The notes under the pieces were generated by a model. The model saw only the letters and a list, made by a program, of their open reading frames with translations. It searched no databases and was not told the DNA's origin. Shown one piece after another: positions 27,764 through 37,543 of a DNA stretch of 64,000 nt. The stretch is from Candidatus Xenobium occultum (GTDB taxonomy: Bacteria; Vulcanimicrobiota; Xenobia; Xenobiales; Xenobiaceae): contig DIWH01000081.1 of assembly GCA_002423485.1 (NCBI GenBank), forward strand, positions 11,612 through 75,611, written 5' to 3'. Position numbers and translations under genes: made by a program. Numbering within the stretch: position 1 is the stretch's first letter; the number at the start of each line of letters is the position of its first letter.

Positions 27764-29257
27764 TCAGTGGGTGTCGGTGAAGCCGGCCGGAGCCTCCTCG
27801 ACAATGGTTTCATGGATGCGGCTGTGGCGTATGCCGTACAGCAGGTAGATCCCCAACCCCAGAATCAGCCAGATCCCGAAACGGACCCAGGTCACCAGGG
27901 GCATGGCCGCCATCAGGTAGCTGCAAGAGAGGATTCCCAGGATCGGGACCCAGGGAACCAGGGGAGTCCGGAAGGGGCGGGGTGCCGCAGGGCGGGTGTG
28001 GCGCAGGACGATCACTCCGGCGCAGACCAGGATGAAGGCGAAGAGCGTGCCGATGTTGCACAGCTCGACCACGGCGTTGATGTCCATGAAGCCCGCGGCG
28101 GTGGCCACCGCGACGCCGGTCAGGATGGTGGTCACGTGGGGCGTGCGGTACTTCGGGTGCACCCGCCCGAAGAAGCGGGGCAGCAGGCCATCCCGGGCCA
28201 TCGAGAAGAAGATTCGGGGCTGGCCCATCTGGAAGACCAGCAGCACGGCGGTCATCGAGATCAGGGCCCCGAAGGCGATGATCCCCGAGGCCCAGTGCAG
28301 GCCCAGCTTCTCGAAGGCCGTGGCCATCGGCTCGGCGGTGCCCAACTCGGTGTAGGGGACCAGGCCGGTCAGGACGGAGGCCACCAGCACGTAGAGGATG
28401 GTGCAGATCACCAGCGAGCCGATCATCCCGATCGGCAGGTTGCGCCCCGGATCTTCGGTCTCCTCGGCGGCGGTGGAGACCGCGTCGAAGCCGATGTAGG
28501 CGAAGAAGATCAGGGCGGCGCCGGCCTTGATTCCGGCCCAGCCGTTGGGGGCGAAGGGGTGCCAGTTGGCGGGGTCCACGTAGAACGCCCCCAGGCCGAT
28601 GACGAAGAACACCACCAACAGCTTGATCAGGACGATTCCATTGTTCACGTGGGCCGACTCGCGGATGCCCCGGACCAGCAGCCAGGTCAGGGCGGCCACG
28701 ATCAGGATGGCGGGCAGGTTGAAGACGATCGGGACCCCCAGCACGTGGGGGGCGTTGTGCATGATCTCGGCGGGGGCGCTCTGGGTCGCGGTCAGGAGCC
28801 AGTCCGGAATGGGGATCCCCAGACCTCGGATCAGCGAGCCGAAGTATCCCGACCAGGAGATGGCCACGGCCACGTTGCCGACGGCATACTCCAGGATCAG
28901 GTCCCAGCCGATGATCCAGGCCACCAGCTCGCCCAGGGTGGCGTAGGCATAGGTGTAGGCGCTGCCCGCGATGGAAATCATCGAGGCGAACTCGGCATAG
29001 CACAGGGCACAGAAAGCGCAGGTGATGGCCACCAGCGCGTAGCACAGGATGACCGCCGGGCCCGCGCCGAGGTGGTTCTCTCCTCCGGCGGCTGCCGTCC
29101 CGGTGGTGGCGAAGATGCCAGCACCGATGATGGCTCCGATGCCCAGGGCGACCAGGTCTCGGGCCTTCAATGAGCGCTTCAGTCCGTGTTTGGCGCTGTG
29201 GGCGGATTCTTCGGCGATCCGCTCCAGGCTCTTGGTCCGGAAGAACTGCTCGAACAT
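27764..29257 (-). CDS. Amino acid permease (APC superfamily, cationic amino acid transporter-like)
   Basis: LVALGIGAIIGAGIFATTG N-terminal motif and 12-14 TM segments. Start trimmed to ATG 29257 (MFEQFFRTKSL). Confidence 0.85.
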   Translation of the reverse strand: MFEQFFRTKSLERIAEESAHSAKHGLKRSLKARDLVALGIGAIIGAGIFATTGTAAAGGENHLGAGPAVILCYALVAITCAFCALCYAEFASMISIAGSAYTYAYATLGELVAWIIGWDLILEYAVGNVAVAISWSGYFGSLIRGLGIPIPDWLLTATQSAPAEIMHNAPHVLGVPIVFNLPAILIVAALTWLLVRGIRESAHVNNGIVLIKLLVVFFVIGLGAFYVDPANWHPFAPNGWAGIKAGAALIFFAYIGFDAVSTAAEETEDPGRNLPIGMIGSLVICTILYVLVASVLTGLVPYTELGTAEPMATAFEKLGLHWASGIIAFGALISMTAVLLVFQMGQPRIFFSMARDGLLPRFFGRVHPKYRTPHVTTILTGVAVATAAGFMDINAVVELCNIGTLFAFILVCAGVIVLRHTRPAAPRPFRTPLVPWVPILGILSCSYLMAAMPLVTWVRFGIWLILGLGIYLLYGIRHSRIHETIVEEAPAGFTDTH

Positions 29258-29390
29258 GCGCTGACCTCTGCAGAAAGGGTGGGGAAGGTCCTGGCCTGAT
29301 TGGGTTTGGCGCGACTTCGGGGCCCGTCCCCCGCAGCCCTGCGCGATCCGCCCAGGAAGCTCGGGAAGAGCAGGCGAAAGCCGGGCCCGG

Positions 29391-30407
29391 ATGCCTGCTT
29401 CCCCCCCTGCGAGTTCGCCGAGGACCTGGCCAGGCCCGGGCCTGGGACGCTGCCTGCGGGTCCTGACCAGCCTGGGTCTGTTGGCGTTGCTGGTCCGGGC
29501 CATGGATCCCGTCCGGGTTCTGGCCCTCTTCCAGGGCCTGGAGGTCGGCTGGCTGGCGATCTCGTTTCTCCTGGCCCTGCTTCAGGTCCCCCTCGCCAGC
29601 ATCCGGCTGGGCGTCCTGCTCGACTCCTCCGGCTGGAGGGTTCGTCCCTCCGACCTTCTGAGGATGACTTTCGTCTCGGCCTTCCTGGGCACTTTTCTGC
29701 CCTCTGGAGTGGGCGGGGATCTGATCCGGCTGGGGGCCCTGGCGGCCAGTCGGGTGCCGGCTCGGGTCGGAATGGCCGCCGTGGCGGTCGATCGGCTCTG
29801 TGGGGGCGTGGGGTTGGCGCTGGCTGCCCTGCTGGTCTCCTGTTCGGCTCTTCTGCGTCAGGGGAGCCTTCGCGAACTGGCCTGGTCCGGGCTTCCGGTG
29901 CTGGCAGTCCTGAGCCTGGCCGCGCTGGCCTGGAATCGTCGGGCCTGGAGGCTGGCCCTGCTCCTGTACCGTCGGATGTCGCGATTGCCAGGTCGGGATT
30001 TCCTCCGGCGTCTGCACCATCAGGTGGCGGCCTGGAGGCGCCAGCCCCGGGTCCTGATTCGGGTCATGGGACTGGGCCTGCTGACCCAGTTGCTGCGGGT
30101 CCTCTCGTTTTGGGCTGGAGCCTGGGCCATGGGACTTTCGCCAGGTCTGCTGCCCTGCGCCGAGGCAGTGCTGCCCGCAACGCTGGTCTCGATGGTCCCC
30201 GTGTCGGTGGGAGGCTGGGGGGTCCGGGAGGGGCTCCTGGTGCTGCTCTTGCCCCTTCCCCCGGACGAGGCCCTGGGCGTTGCCCTGCTGAACCGGTTGG
30301 TCATGACGGCCTCCAACCTGCCCGGAGCCTGGTGGTTCGGCGGGCGGGGTCTGGCCCTGGAGGTCCGGAAGGGGAGGCCGGAGGAACCGGGGAACCCTGG
30401 CAGATGA
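29391..30407 (+). CDS. UPF0104 / lysylphosphatidylglycerol-synthase-TM-domain-like flippase-like membrane protein
   Basis: Multi-TM protein with the family motif PVSVGGWGVREG. Confidence 0.6.
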   Translation: MPASPPASSPRTWPGPGLGRCLRVLTSLGLLALLVRAMDPVRVLALFQGLEVGWLAISFLLALLQVPLASIRLGVLLDSSGWRVRPSDLLRMTFVSAFLGTFLPSGVGGDLIRLGALAASRVPARVGMAAVAVDRLCGGVGLALAALLVSCSALLRQGSLRELAWSGLPVLAVLSLAALAWNRRAWRLALLLYRRMSRLPGRDFLRRLHHQVAAWRRQPRVLIRVMGLGLLTQLLRVLSFWAGAWAMGLSPGLLPCAEAVLPATLVSMVPVSVGGWGVREGLLVLLLPLPPDEALGVALLNRLVMTASNLPGAWWFGGRGLALEVRKGRPEEPGNPGR

Positions 30408-32728
30408 AGATCTCAGCATTGGTTCCGACCTTGTTCCTGCTCCTTCTGGCCCTTCCCGCCTGGGCTTCCCCCGGCTCACCCGCCGTCGAAGCCCGAATCG
30501 AGGCCCTGCTGGCCCGGATGACCCTGGAGGAGAAGCTGGGCCAGCTTCAGATGCTGGGGGGCGACGCCCAGGGGACCTGCCCCGAAGAACTCTTCGAGCA
30601 GGCACGGGCCGGGAGGTTGGGGTCGACCCTGAACGTGCGCGGCGCGGCTCGGGTCAACGCCCTGCAGAGGGTCGCCGTGCGCGAGTCGCGGTTGGGGATC
30701 CCCATCCTCTTCGCCTTCGACACGATCCACGGTCACCGGACGATCTTCCCGATTCCCCTGGGGGAGGCTGCGGCCTGGGATCCGGAGGTGGCTCGGCAGG
30801 CCTCCGAGATCGCCGCTCGGGAAGCGGCCTCGACGGGATTGAAGTGGACCTTCGCCCCCATGGTCGACATCGCCCGGGACGCCCGCTGGGGGCGGGTGGC
30901 CGAGGGCGCCGGAGAGGATCCCTTCCTGGGCTCGGCGCTGGCCCGGGCCCGGGTGCGGGGCTTCCAGGGCGAGGACCCCGCGCATTCCGACCGGGTCCTG
31001 GCCTGTGCCAAGCACTGGGTGGCCTATGGAGCCGCCGAGGCTGGCCGCGACTACAACGGAGTCGACCTTTCGGAGCGCACCCTGCGGGCGGTCCACTTCC
31101 CGCCCTTCCAGGCAGCCCTCCAATCCGGGGCCGGCTCGGTCATGAGCGCCTTCAACGACCTCAACGGGCTCGCCACTTCGGGTAACCACTGGACCCTGAC
31201 CGAGGTGCTGCGCCGGGAATGGGGCTTCGACGGCGTCGTGGTCAGTGACTACGAGTCGGTCCGCGAACTCCTCTGCCACCGTCAGGCCGCCGACGAGGCC
31301 GAGGCCGCCCGTCTGGGTCTGGGCTCGGGCGTGGACGTCGAGATGGTCAGCCGCCTGTATGGCCGGCACCTGCCCGGAGAGATTGCCGCCGGGCGCTTCT
31401 CGGAGGCGGGACTGGATGAGGCGGTCCGGCGAGTGCTGCGCACCAAGTTCCGTCTGGGCCTCTTCGAGAACCCCGACGTCGACGAATCCCGCGAGGCCCG
31501 GACCCTGCTGGCCCCGGCGCATCTTCAGGCTGCGCGGCGCCTGGCAGCGCGCAGTCTGGTCCTGCTGAAGAATCAGGGCGGAGTGCTCCCCCTCTCAGAA
31601 GACCTCCGGACGCTGGCCGTGGTCGGCCCCCTGGCGGACGACCCCAAGGCGGTCCTGGGGTCCTGGTCGGGCGACGGTCGTGCCCAGGACGCCGTCTCCT
31701 TGCTGGAGGGGATCCGCGCGCGGGTGGGCGCGAAGGTGCGCGTGCTGCACGAGAAGGGCGTGGACCTGGATGTCCCGGGTGCCACCGGCAACTTCCACTC
31801 GCGTCCTGCGGACGCCACCCTGGCTGGGGGGACCAACGTGGTCGGAGCGGAGGGGATCGACCCGGCTCGTCTGGCCACGACCCCGGTCGCTCCCGAAGCC
31901 CTGGAACGGGCCATGGCTGCGGCTCGGCAGGCCGAGGTGGTCCTGGTCGTGGTGGGTGAGACGGCCGAGATGTCCGGCGAGGCGGCCAGCCGCACCAGCC
32001 TGGATCTGCCCGGCCGGCAGTTGGAACTGGTCCAGGCCATCCACCAGACGGGGAAGCCCTACGTCGTGGTGCTGATGAACGGCCGCCCCCTGAGCCTCCC
32101 CTGGATTGCCGAGAACTCGCCGGCCTTGCTGGAGACCTGGTTCGCCGGGACCCAGGCGGGCCACGCCATCGCGGACGTCCTCTTCGGCGACGTGAACCCC
32201 GGGGGGAAACTGCCGATCACCTTCCCCCGCAACGTCGGTCAATGCCCGATCTACTACGCGCAGAAGTCCACCGGCCGCCCGCCCACGGCGGAGAAGTACA
32301 CTTCGAAATACCTCGATGTCGAGGTGACCCCGCTCTTCCCCTTCGGACACGGCTTGAGCTACAGCCGCTTCGAATTGTCCGACCTGGCCCTCGCTTCGGC
32401 AAGCCAGGGGCCCGATGAAAGCCAGACGGTCTCCGTCACGGTGCGCAACCTCGGTCCCCGAGCCGGAGACGAGGTGGTGCAGATCTACGTGCAGGACGTG
32501 GCCTCCAGCGTGACCCGTCCGGTCAAGGAACTGCGTGGGTTCCAACGGGTGACCCTGCGGCCCGGGCAGGAGAAGCGCCTGTCCTTCACCCTGGGCCCTC
32601 GCGACCTGGGCTTCCTGGACCGCCAGATGCGCTTCGTCGTGGAACCCGGCCTCTTCAAAGTCTGGGCGGCCACCAGCTCGGAGGGAGGCCTGGAAGCTCG
32701 GTTCGAGGTTGTGGCCCCCAGGCCCTGA
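30404..32728 (+). CDS. Periplasmic beta-glucosidase, glycoside hydrolase family 3 (BglX-like)
   Basis: Signal peptide MKISALVPTLFLLLLALPAWA. GH3 N- and C-domains (KHWVAYGAAEAGRDYN, SDYESV, fibronectin-like C-terminus). ATGA overlap with the upstream gene. The 1142-aa ORF is a read-through artefact. Confidence 0.85.
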   Translation: MKISALVPTLFLLLLALPAWASPGSPAVEARIEALLARMTLEEKLGQLQMLGGDAQGTCPEELFEQARAGRLGSTLNVRGAARVNALQRVAVRESRLGIPILFAFDTIHGHRTIFPIPLGEAAAWDPEVARQASEIAAREAASTGLKWTFAPMVDIARDARWGRVAEGAGEDPFLGSALARARVRGFQGEDPAHSDRVLACAKHWVAYGAAEAGRDYNGVDLSERTLRAVHFPPFQAALQSGAGSVMSAFNDLNGLATSGNHWTLTEVLRREWGFDGVVVSDYESVRELLCHRQAADEAEAARLGLGSGVDVEMVSRLYGRHLPGEIAAGRFSEAGLDEAVRRVLRTKFRLGLFENPDVDESREARTLLAPAHLQAARRLAARSLVLLKNQGGVLPLSEDLRTLAVVGPLADDPKAVLGSWSGDGRAQDAVSLLEGIRARVGAKVRVLHEKGVDLDVPGATGNFHSRPADATLAGGTNVVGAEGIDPARLATTPVAPEALERAMAAARQAEVVLVVVGETAEMSGEAASRTSLDLPGRQLELVQAIHQTGKPYVVVLMNGRPLSLPWIAENSPALLETWFAGTQAGHAIADVLFGDVNPGGKLPITFPRNVGQCPIYYAQKSTGRPPTAEKYTSKYLDVEVTPLFPFGHGLSYSRFELSDLALASASQGPDESQTVSVTVRNLGPRAGDEVVQIYVQDVASSVTRPVKELRGFQRVTLRPGQEKRLSFTLGPRDLGFLDRQMRFVVEPGLFKVWAATSSEGGLEARFEVVAPRP

Positions 32729-32767
32729 ACCGCACGTCAGGGCCCGGGGCCGTGGGTCGGGTGAGTC

Positions 32768-33922
32768 TCAGGCCTCCGGACGCTCCAGGAGGACGATGCC
32801 CAGGGAGTAACCGGTTCCGAAACCCACCATCAGGAGACGGCGAGCCTGGTCCAGGCCCGCTTCCAACTGCTGGTCAAGCAGGATCGGCACCGATCCGCTG
32901 GTGGTGTTGCCGTAGCGGTCGATGTTGCAGCGCATCGCGCCGGGCGGGATGCGAAGCCTCTTGGCGATGGCCTCCAGCATCCGCATGTTGGCCTGGTGGA
33001 AGAGCCAGCAGTCGACGTCCTCGGGAGCCAGGCCCTGGGCCTCCAGGTGCCCCTGGACCCGTTCCGGGACCAGGTTCACCATATCCTTGTAGACGGCCCG
33101 TCCCTGCATCAGGACCCGGTCCCGGTTGAACTCGTCCAGGAAGAGGTCGGGCCTGCCATCCCGAACGGTGAAGCGCCAGACCGGACCGGGGGTCTCGGGG
33201 GTCGGCCGGATTTCGATGGCCTCGCCGCGGCTGCCCATGGTGAAGGTCTCGGTGGAGCGGACCCGCCAGGAGGGGTCCTGGGACCCCGAGGGCAGGCGCC
33301 CCAGCAGCACGGCTCCGGCACCGTCGCCAAAGATGGTGCAGGTGCCGCGGTCCGAGGCGTCGATCACGCGCGTCATCGCGTCCGAGCCCACCACCAGGGC
33401 CTTGGAGCCCGTCGGGTAGCTTCCCAGCATGCGGGCCGCCGTCTCCAGGGCCACCACGAAGCCGCTGCAGCCCACGCACAGGTCCAGGCCCTGGATGTGG
33501 TTGGACAGGCCCAACTCCGATTGCAGGGTGGAGGCCATGCTCGGCACCACCCGGTCGGTGGTGACGGTCGAGACGACGACGATGCGGATCGAGTCCAGGT
33601 CGGTCCGGCCCTGCAGGACCCTGCGCCCGGCGGCGATGGCCATGTCCCGGGCGTTGAGGTCGTAATCCAGGATCTGCCGGGACAGGATGCCCACCCGTTC
33701 TTCGGGGAAGGTCGGCGAGCTCAACTCGATGTGCCTGGGTTCCGGATCCTGGGCCAGGCGCGCCTGGAGGACGGCCATCAGTTCGCTCAATTCGGCGTTG
33801 GACATGGCCGCACCGGGAAGGTCTTCTCCGGGAATGGCGCGGGCCGTGCCGCAGACGGCGATGTCCGAGAGGCGGGGGATCAGGTCCTGCTCCCCGGGGG
33901 TCGATTGCTTCAGAGTGGTCAT
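32768..33922 (-). CDS. 3-oxoacyl-ACP synthase III (FabH)-like condensing enzyme
   Basis: Cys-His-Asn triad contexts LCVGCSGFVVAL, WLFHQANMRM, YGNTTSGSVP. Confidence 0.75.
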   Translation of the reverse strand: MTTLKQSTPGEQDLIPRLSDIAVCGTARAIPGEDLPGAAMSNAELSELMAVLQARLAQDPEPRHIELSSPTFPEERVGILSRQILDYDLNARDMAIAAGRRVLQGRTDLDSIRIVVVSTVTTDRVVPSMASTLQSELGLSNHIQGLDLCVGCSGFVVALETAARMLGSYPTGSKALVVGSDAMTRVIDASDRGTCTIFGDGAGAVLLGRLPSGSQDPSWRVRSTETFTMGSRGEAIEIRPTPETPGPVWRFTVRDGRPDLFLDEFNRDRVLMQGRAVYKDMVNLVPERVQGHLEAQGLAPEDVDCWLFHQANMRMLEAIAKRLRIPPGAMRCNIDRYGNTTSGSVPILLDQQLEAGLDQARRLLMVGFGTGYSLGIVLLERPEA

Positions 33923-34005
33923 GGGTCCGGTAGGTTATGGGTCGGCCGGGAAAGTCCTCCAGGTGGCTCCCACCTGGCATCGGCAGGGGGGGGCGGGGTG
34001 AGCCC

Positions 34006-34779
34006 TCAGGTGCGCAGGCCGACCCCTCTGGCCAGCAGGAGCAGGTTCAGCGCCACCAGGGCTCCGGCCAGGCCCATCAGCGTGACCAGGCCGATCCAGG
34101 TGGGGATGTCCGAGGCCCCCAGGAAGCCGAAGCGGAAGCCGTTGACCATGTAGAGGATCGGGTTGAGGCGGGAAAGGGCGCGCCAGATCGGGGGCAGCAG
34201 GCTGATCGAGTAGAAGACGCCCCCGAAGTAGGTCAGGGGGGTCAGGATGAAGGTCGGAACGATCGAGATGTCGTCGAAGCGTCGGGCGATGAGCGCGTTG
34301 CTGAATCCGGCCAGGGCGAAGACCAGGGAGGTCAGGACCAGGAAGGCCATCACGATGGCCAGGTTGTGGAACCGGACGGGGTGGAAGGCCAGCGAGACCA
34401 GCAGGACCAGGAAACCCACCAGGATCCCGCGCAGCATACCCCCGCCGACGTAGCCGGCCACCATGATCCAGTCGGGGACCGGGGCCACCTGCAACTCCTC
34501 GACGCTGCGCTGGAAGCGGGCGTTGAAGAAGGACGAGGCCACGTTCGAGAAGGAGTTGGTGATCACCGACATCATCACCAGTCCGGGGACGATGAACTCG
34601 ATGTAGCTGAAGCCGTCGATCCGCTGGATTCGCGGGCCCAGAAGGCTTCCAAAGACCACGAAGTAGATGCCCATGGTGATGACCGGGGGCAGCAGGGTCT
34701 GCATCCAGATCCTCAGGAAGCGCCCCACCTCCCGGTGCAGGAGGGTGGCCAGGGCGATCCACAGTCTTCGGGCGTTCAC
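34006..34779 (-). CDS. ABC-2 type transporter permease
   Basis: Six TM, ABC-2 family features. ATGA overlap with ATPase. Confidence 0.75.
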   Translation of the reverse strand: MNARRLWIALATLLHREVGRFLRIWMQTLLPPVITMGIYFVVFGSLLGPRIQRIDGFSYIEFIVPGLVMMSVITNSFSNVASSFFNARFQRSVEELQVAPVPDWIMVAGYVGGGMLRGILVGFLVLLVSLAFHPVRFHNLAIVMAFLVLTSLVFALAGFSNALIARRFDDISIVPTFILTPLTYFGGVFYSISLLPPIWRALSRLNPILYMVNGFRFGFLGASDIPTWIGLVTLMGLAGALVALNLLLLARGVGLRT

Positions 34780-35696
34780 AGGCGGCCTCGGCCGACCAGG
34801 TGCAGGAAGAGCTCCTCCAGGCGGTTGGACTTGTTCCTCAGGCTGATCACCTCCACGCCACGGGCCTCCAGGGCTGCGAAGACCTGGTTCAGCGTCAGCC
34901 CCTCGGGCACGTCGATCTCCAGGCGGTTGGGGTCGATCTGGCGGATCTGGAAACCCGAGGGCAGTTGCTCGAGCGTCGTGGCTGCGGCCAGATCCAGGAC
35001 GAAGGTCTGCACCTCCAGGCGGCGGACCAGGTCCTGGATGGGGCCCTGTTCGAGGATCTTCCCGTGGTCGATGATGGCCAGGTTCCGACAGAGTTTTTCG
35101 GCTTCTTCAAGATAGTGCGTGGTCAGGATGATGGTGGTGCCCTTCTGGTTGAGCTCCGTCAGGATCTCCCACAGGCCCCGCCGCAGTTCGATGTCCACCC
35201 CCGCAGTGGGTTCATCGAGGATCAACAACCGAGGAGAGTTGACCAGGGCGCGGGCCACCATCAGACGGCGCTTCATCCCCCCGGACAGGTGTTGGGCGAT
35301 CTGGTTCATCGGGTCGCCCAGGCCCAGGCGCTCCAGCAACTCCTGGGCCCGGGGCAGGGCTTCGGTGCGGGGGATGCCGTACAGGCCTGCCTGGAAGACC
35401 AGGATCTCCAAGGTCTTTTCGAACACGTTGAAGTTGAATTCCTGAGGCACCACGCCCATCAGAGCCCTTGCCCTCTCGGGGTGGGCTCGGGCATCCACCC
35501 CGAAGACGTGGATCTCTCCTGCGGTGGGGCGGACCAGGTTGGTCAGGATTCCGATCAGGGTCGATTTCCCGGCGCCGTTCGGACCCAGAAGGGCATAGAA
35601 GTCCCCCTCCTCCACGTCCAGGTCGACCCCACGAAGGGCTTCGAGCCCGCCAGAGTAGGTCTTGGAGAGGTTGCGGATGGAAAGTGCTGTGTTCAT
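34776..35696 (-). CDS. ABC transporter ATP-binding protein (ABC-2 / DrrA-NodI-type)
   Basis: Walker A GPNGAGKST, signature LSGGMKRR, Walker B ILDEPTAGVD. Start trimmed to ATG 35696. Confidence 0.85.
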   Translation of the reverse strand: MNTALSIRNLSKTYSGGLEALRGVDLDVEEGDFYALLGPNGAGKSTLIGILTNLVRPTAGEIHVFGVDARAHPERARALMGVVPQEFNFNVFEKTLEILVFQAGLYGIPRTEALPRAQELLERLGLGDPMNQIAQHLSGGMKRRLMVARALVNSPRLLILDEPTAGVDIELRRGLWEILTELNQKGTTIILTTHYLEEAEKLCRNLAIIDHGKILEQGPIQDLVRRLEVQTFVLDLAAATTLEQLPSGFQIRQIDPNRLEIDVPEGLTLNQVFAALEARGVEVISLRNKSNRLEELFLHLVGRGRL

Positions 35697-35736
35697 CGGG
35701 CAGCCACGGCGGTTTGCCGTGGGCCGCCTGGTTCCT

Positions 35737-37542
35737 TCAGGAGACGGGGACCGGTTCGTCTTCGGCGGCCAGTGGGGAGGAGGTGCCCAGGGCATCCCCC
35801 AGGGCGTGCAGGTCGTGCCCCTTCAGGCTTTCGACCTCCACGGTCACGACGCGCAGGACCTCCTCGAGGGTGGTCCAACCCATGCTGATCTTCTCCAGTC
35901 CGTCGTCCAGCAGGGTGCGGATCCCCTCCGACGCGGCAGCACGGGAGATCCGGCGCTGGGAGGACTTGCGGAGGATCTGCTGTTTGATCCGGCCGGTCAT
36001 CGGCAGGACCTCGTACAGGCCCAGCCTTCCCGAGAATCCGGTCATTCCGCACTTCTGGCAGCCCTTGCCACGGAAGTAGGAGGTGGGCAGGGGGTGGTCG
36101 GAGGCCAGGCGCAAAAACTCCAGGCGTTCCTTGGCTGGAGTGGTCTCCTCGCGACAGTGTTCGCAGATTCTCCGGACCAGCCGCTGGGCCACCACCGCCA
36201 GAAGGGAAGAGGCCACCAGATAGGGGACGATCCCCATGTGCCGGAGGCGCGTCAGGGTGGCCGGGGCCGAGTTCGTGTGCACGGTGGACAGCACGAAGTG
36301 ACCGGTCTGGGCAGCCTGGAAGGCGATTTCAGCCGTCTCCAGGTCGCGGATCTCGCCGACCATGACGATGTCGGGGTCCTGGCGCAGGATCGAGCGCAGG
36401 GCCGAGGCAAAGGTCACCCCGGCCTTGTGGTTGACCTGGAGCTGGTTGACCCCGGGCAACTGGAATTCGATCGGGTCCTCGACGGTGACGATGTTGTCCG
36501 AGACCCGGTTGCGGACGTTCAGGGTGGCGTACAGGGTGGTCGTCTTGCCGGAACCGGTCGGACCGGTGATCAGGATCATGCCCTGGGGGTTCTCGACCAG
36601 GTTCTGGTAGAGGACCAGATGGTCGGGCAGCATGCCCAGCCCCGCAAGCTGCAGCAGTCCCACGTTCTTGTCCAGGATGCGCAGGACCGCCTTCTCTCCG
36701 TAATAGGTGGGCAGGGTGCTGACCCGCAGGTCCACCCAGCGTTGGCTGAGCCGAACCCGGCTGCGGCCATCCTGGGGACGCCGCCGCTCTGAGATGTCCA
36801 TCCCGGAAGCCAGCTTGATTCGCGAGATGACCGCGTTCTGGATGGCCTTGGGCAATTCGGCCATGGTGCGGAGCACCCCGTCCACCCGGTAGCGGACCCG
36901 CAGGTTGTTCTCGGTGGGCTCGACGTGGATGTCCGAGGCCTTGATCTCGATGGCCTCGACGATCAAGGCGTTGACCAGTTGGATGATCGGGGCGTCGTGT
37001 TCTCCGAGGGTTCCTTCCTTGGGGGCCTCTTCGGTCTCTTCGTCGGGCATGACGAAAAGCTCGACCTCGGCCCCGGATCGGGTCGTCCCGAAGCGGTCCA
37101 GGGCCTCGGTCATCGCGGCGGCGCGGCCCTTGATGGCCTCCTGGATGTCGCCTCGGGGGGCCACCACCCTCTCGATGGGCCGCGAGGTGTGCATGCTGAC
37201 CACGTCTTCGGCCGTGACGTCGAAGGGATCGGCCATGGCCAGGCGCAGCCTGCCATCCGGGGTCTCGCCCAGGGGGACCACGCAGAAGTTGCTGGCCACC
37301 TCGGTGGGCAGCATGGCCAGGGCCTCGGGCCGGACGTCTCCAGGGCGGATTCGCAGGAAGGGGACGCGATAGAGGTCCGCCATGAAGGCGGCCAGGGTGA
37401 TCTCATCGATCAGTCCGCCCTCCACCAGGGCCTGCGCGATGGACATGCGCGAGTAGCGCGGGTCCTGCAGCACGGCTCGGATGGCCTCGGGTCGCACCAG
37501 GCCGGCCTCGAACAGGCTGGCCAGGAGATCCTTGCGCTCCAT
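35737..37542 (-). CDS. Type IV pilus assembly ATPase PilB / GspE family
   Basis: N-terminal GspE_N domain, Walker A GPTGSGKTTT, Asp/His boxes, tetracysteine CEHC...CQKCGMTG. ATG 37542 with GGGAGG RBS. Confidence 0.85.
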   Translation of the reverse strand: MERKDLLASLFEAGLVRPEAIRAVLQDPRYSRMSIAQALVEGGLIDEITLAAFMADLYRVPFLRIRPGDVRPEALAMLPTEVASNFCVVPLGETPDGRLRLAMADPFDVTAEDVVSMHTSRPIERVVAPRGDIQEAIKGRAAAMTEALDRFGTTRSGAEVELFVMPDEETEEAPKEGTLGEHDAPIIQLVNALIVEAIEIKASDIHVEPTENNLRVRYRVDGVLRTMAELPKAIQNAVISRIKLASGMDISERRRPQDGRSRVRLSQRWVDLRVSTLPTYYGEKAVLRILDKNVGLLQLAGLGMLPDHLVLYQNLVENPQGMILITGPTGSGKTTTLYATLNVRNRVSDNIVTVEDPIEFQLPGVNQLQVNHKAGVTFASALRSILRQDPDIVMVGEIRDLETAEIAFQAAQTGHFVLSTVHTNSAPATLTRLRHMGIVPYLVASSLLAVVAQRLVRRICEHCREETTPAKERLEFLRLASDHPLPTSYFRGKGCQKCGMTGFSGRLGLYEVLPMTGRIKQQILRKSSQRRISRAAASEGIRTLLDDGLEKISMGWTTLEEVLRVVTVEVESLKGHDLHALGDALGTSSPLAAEDEPVPVS

Positions 37543-37543
37543 T

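Noticed and set aside
27810-30605. 931-aa ORF on the minus strand (and similar long ORFs such as 37410..39278-, 4250..5968-, 1329..2219-, 2889..3773-, 27689..29173+)
   Set aside because: Pro/Arg/Gly-rich low-complexity translations that overlap well-supported genes in other frames. These are the typical antisense or off-frame open frames of 70% GC DNA.
29300-32728. 1142-aa ORF fusing the UPF0104 region to the GH3 glucosidase
   Set aside because: The upstream part is off-frame relative to the UPF0104 membrane protein. The GH3 protein has its own signal peptide and ATG at 30404.
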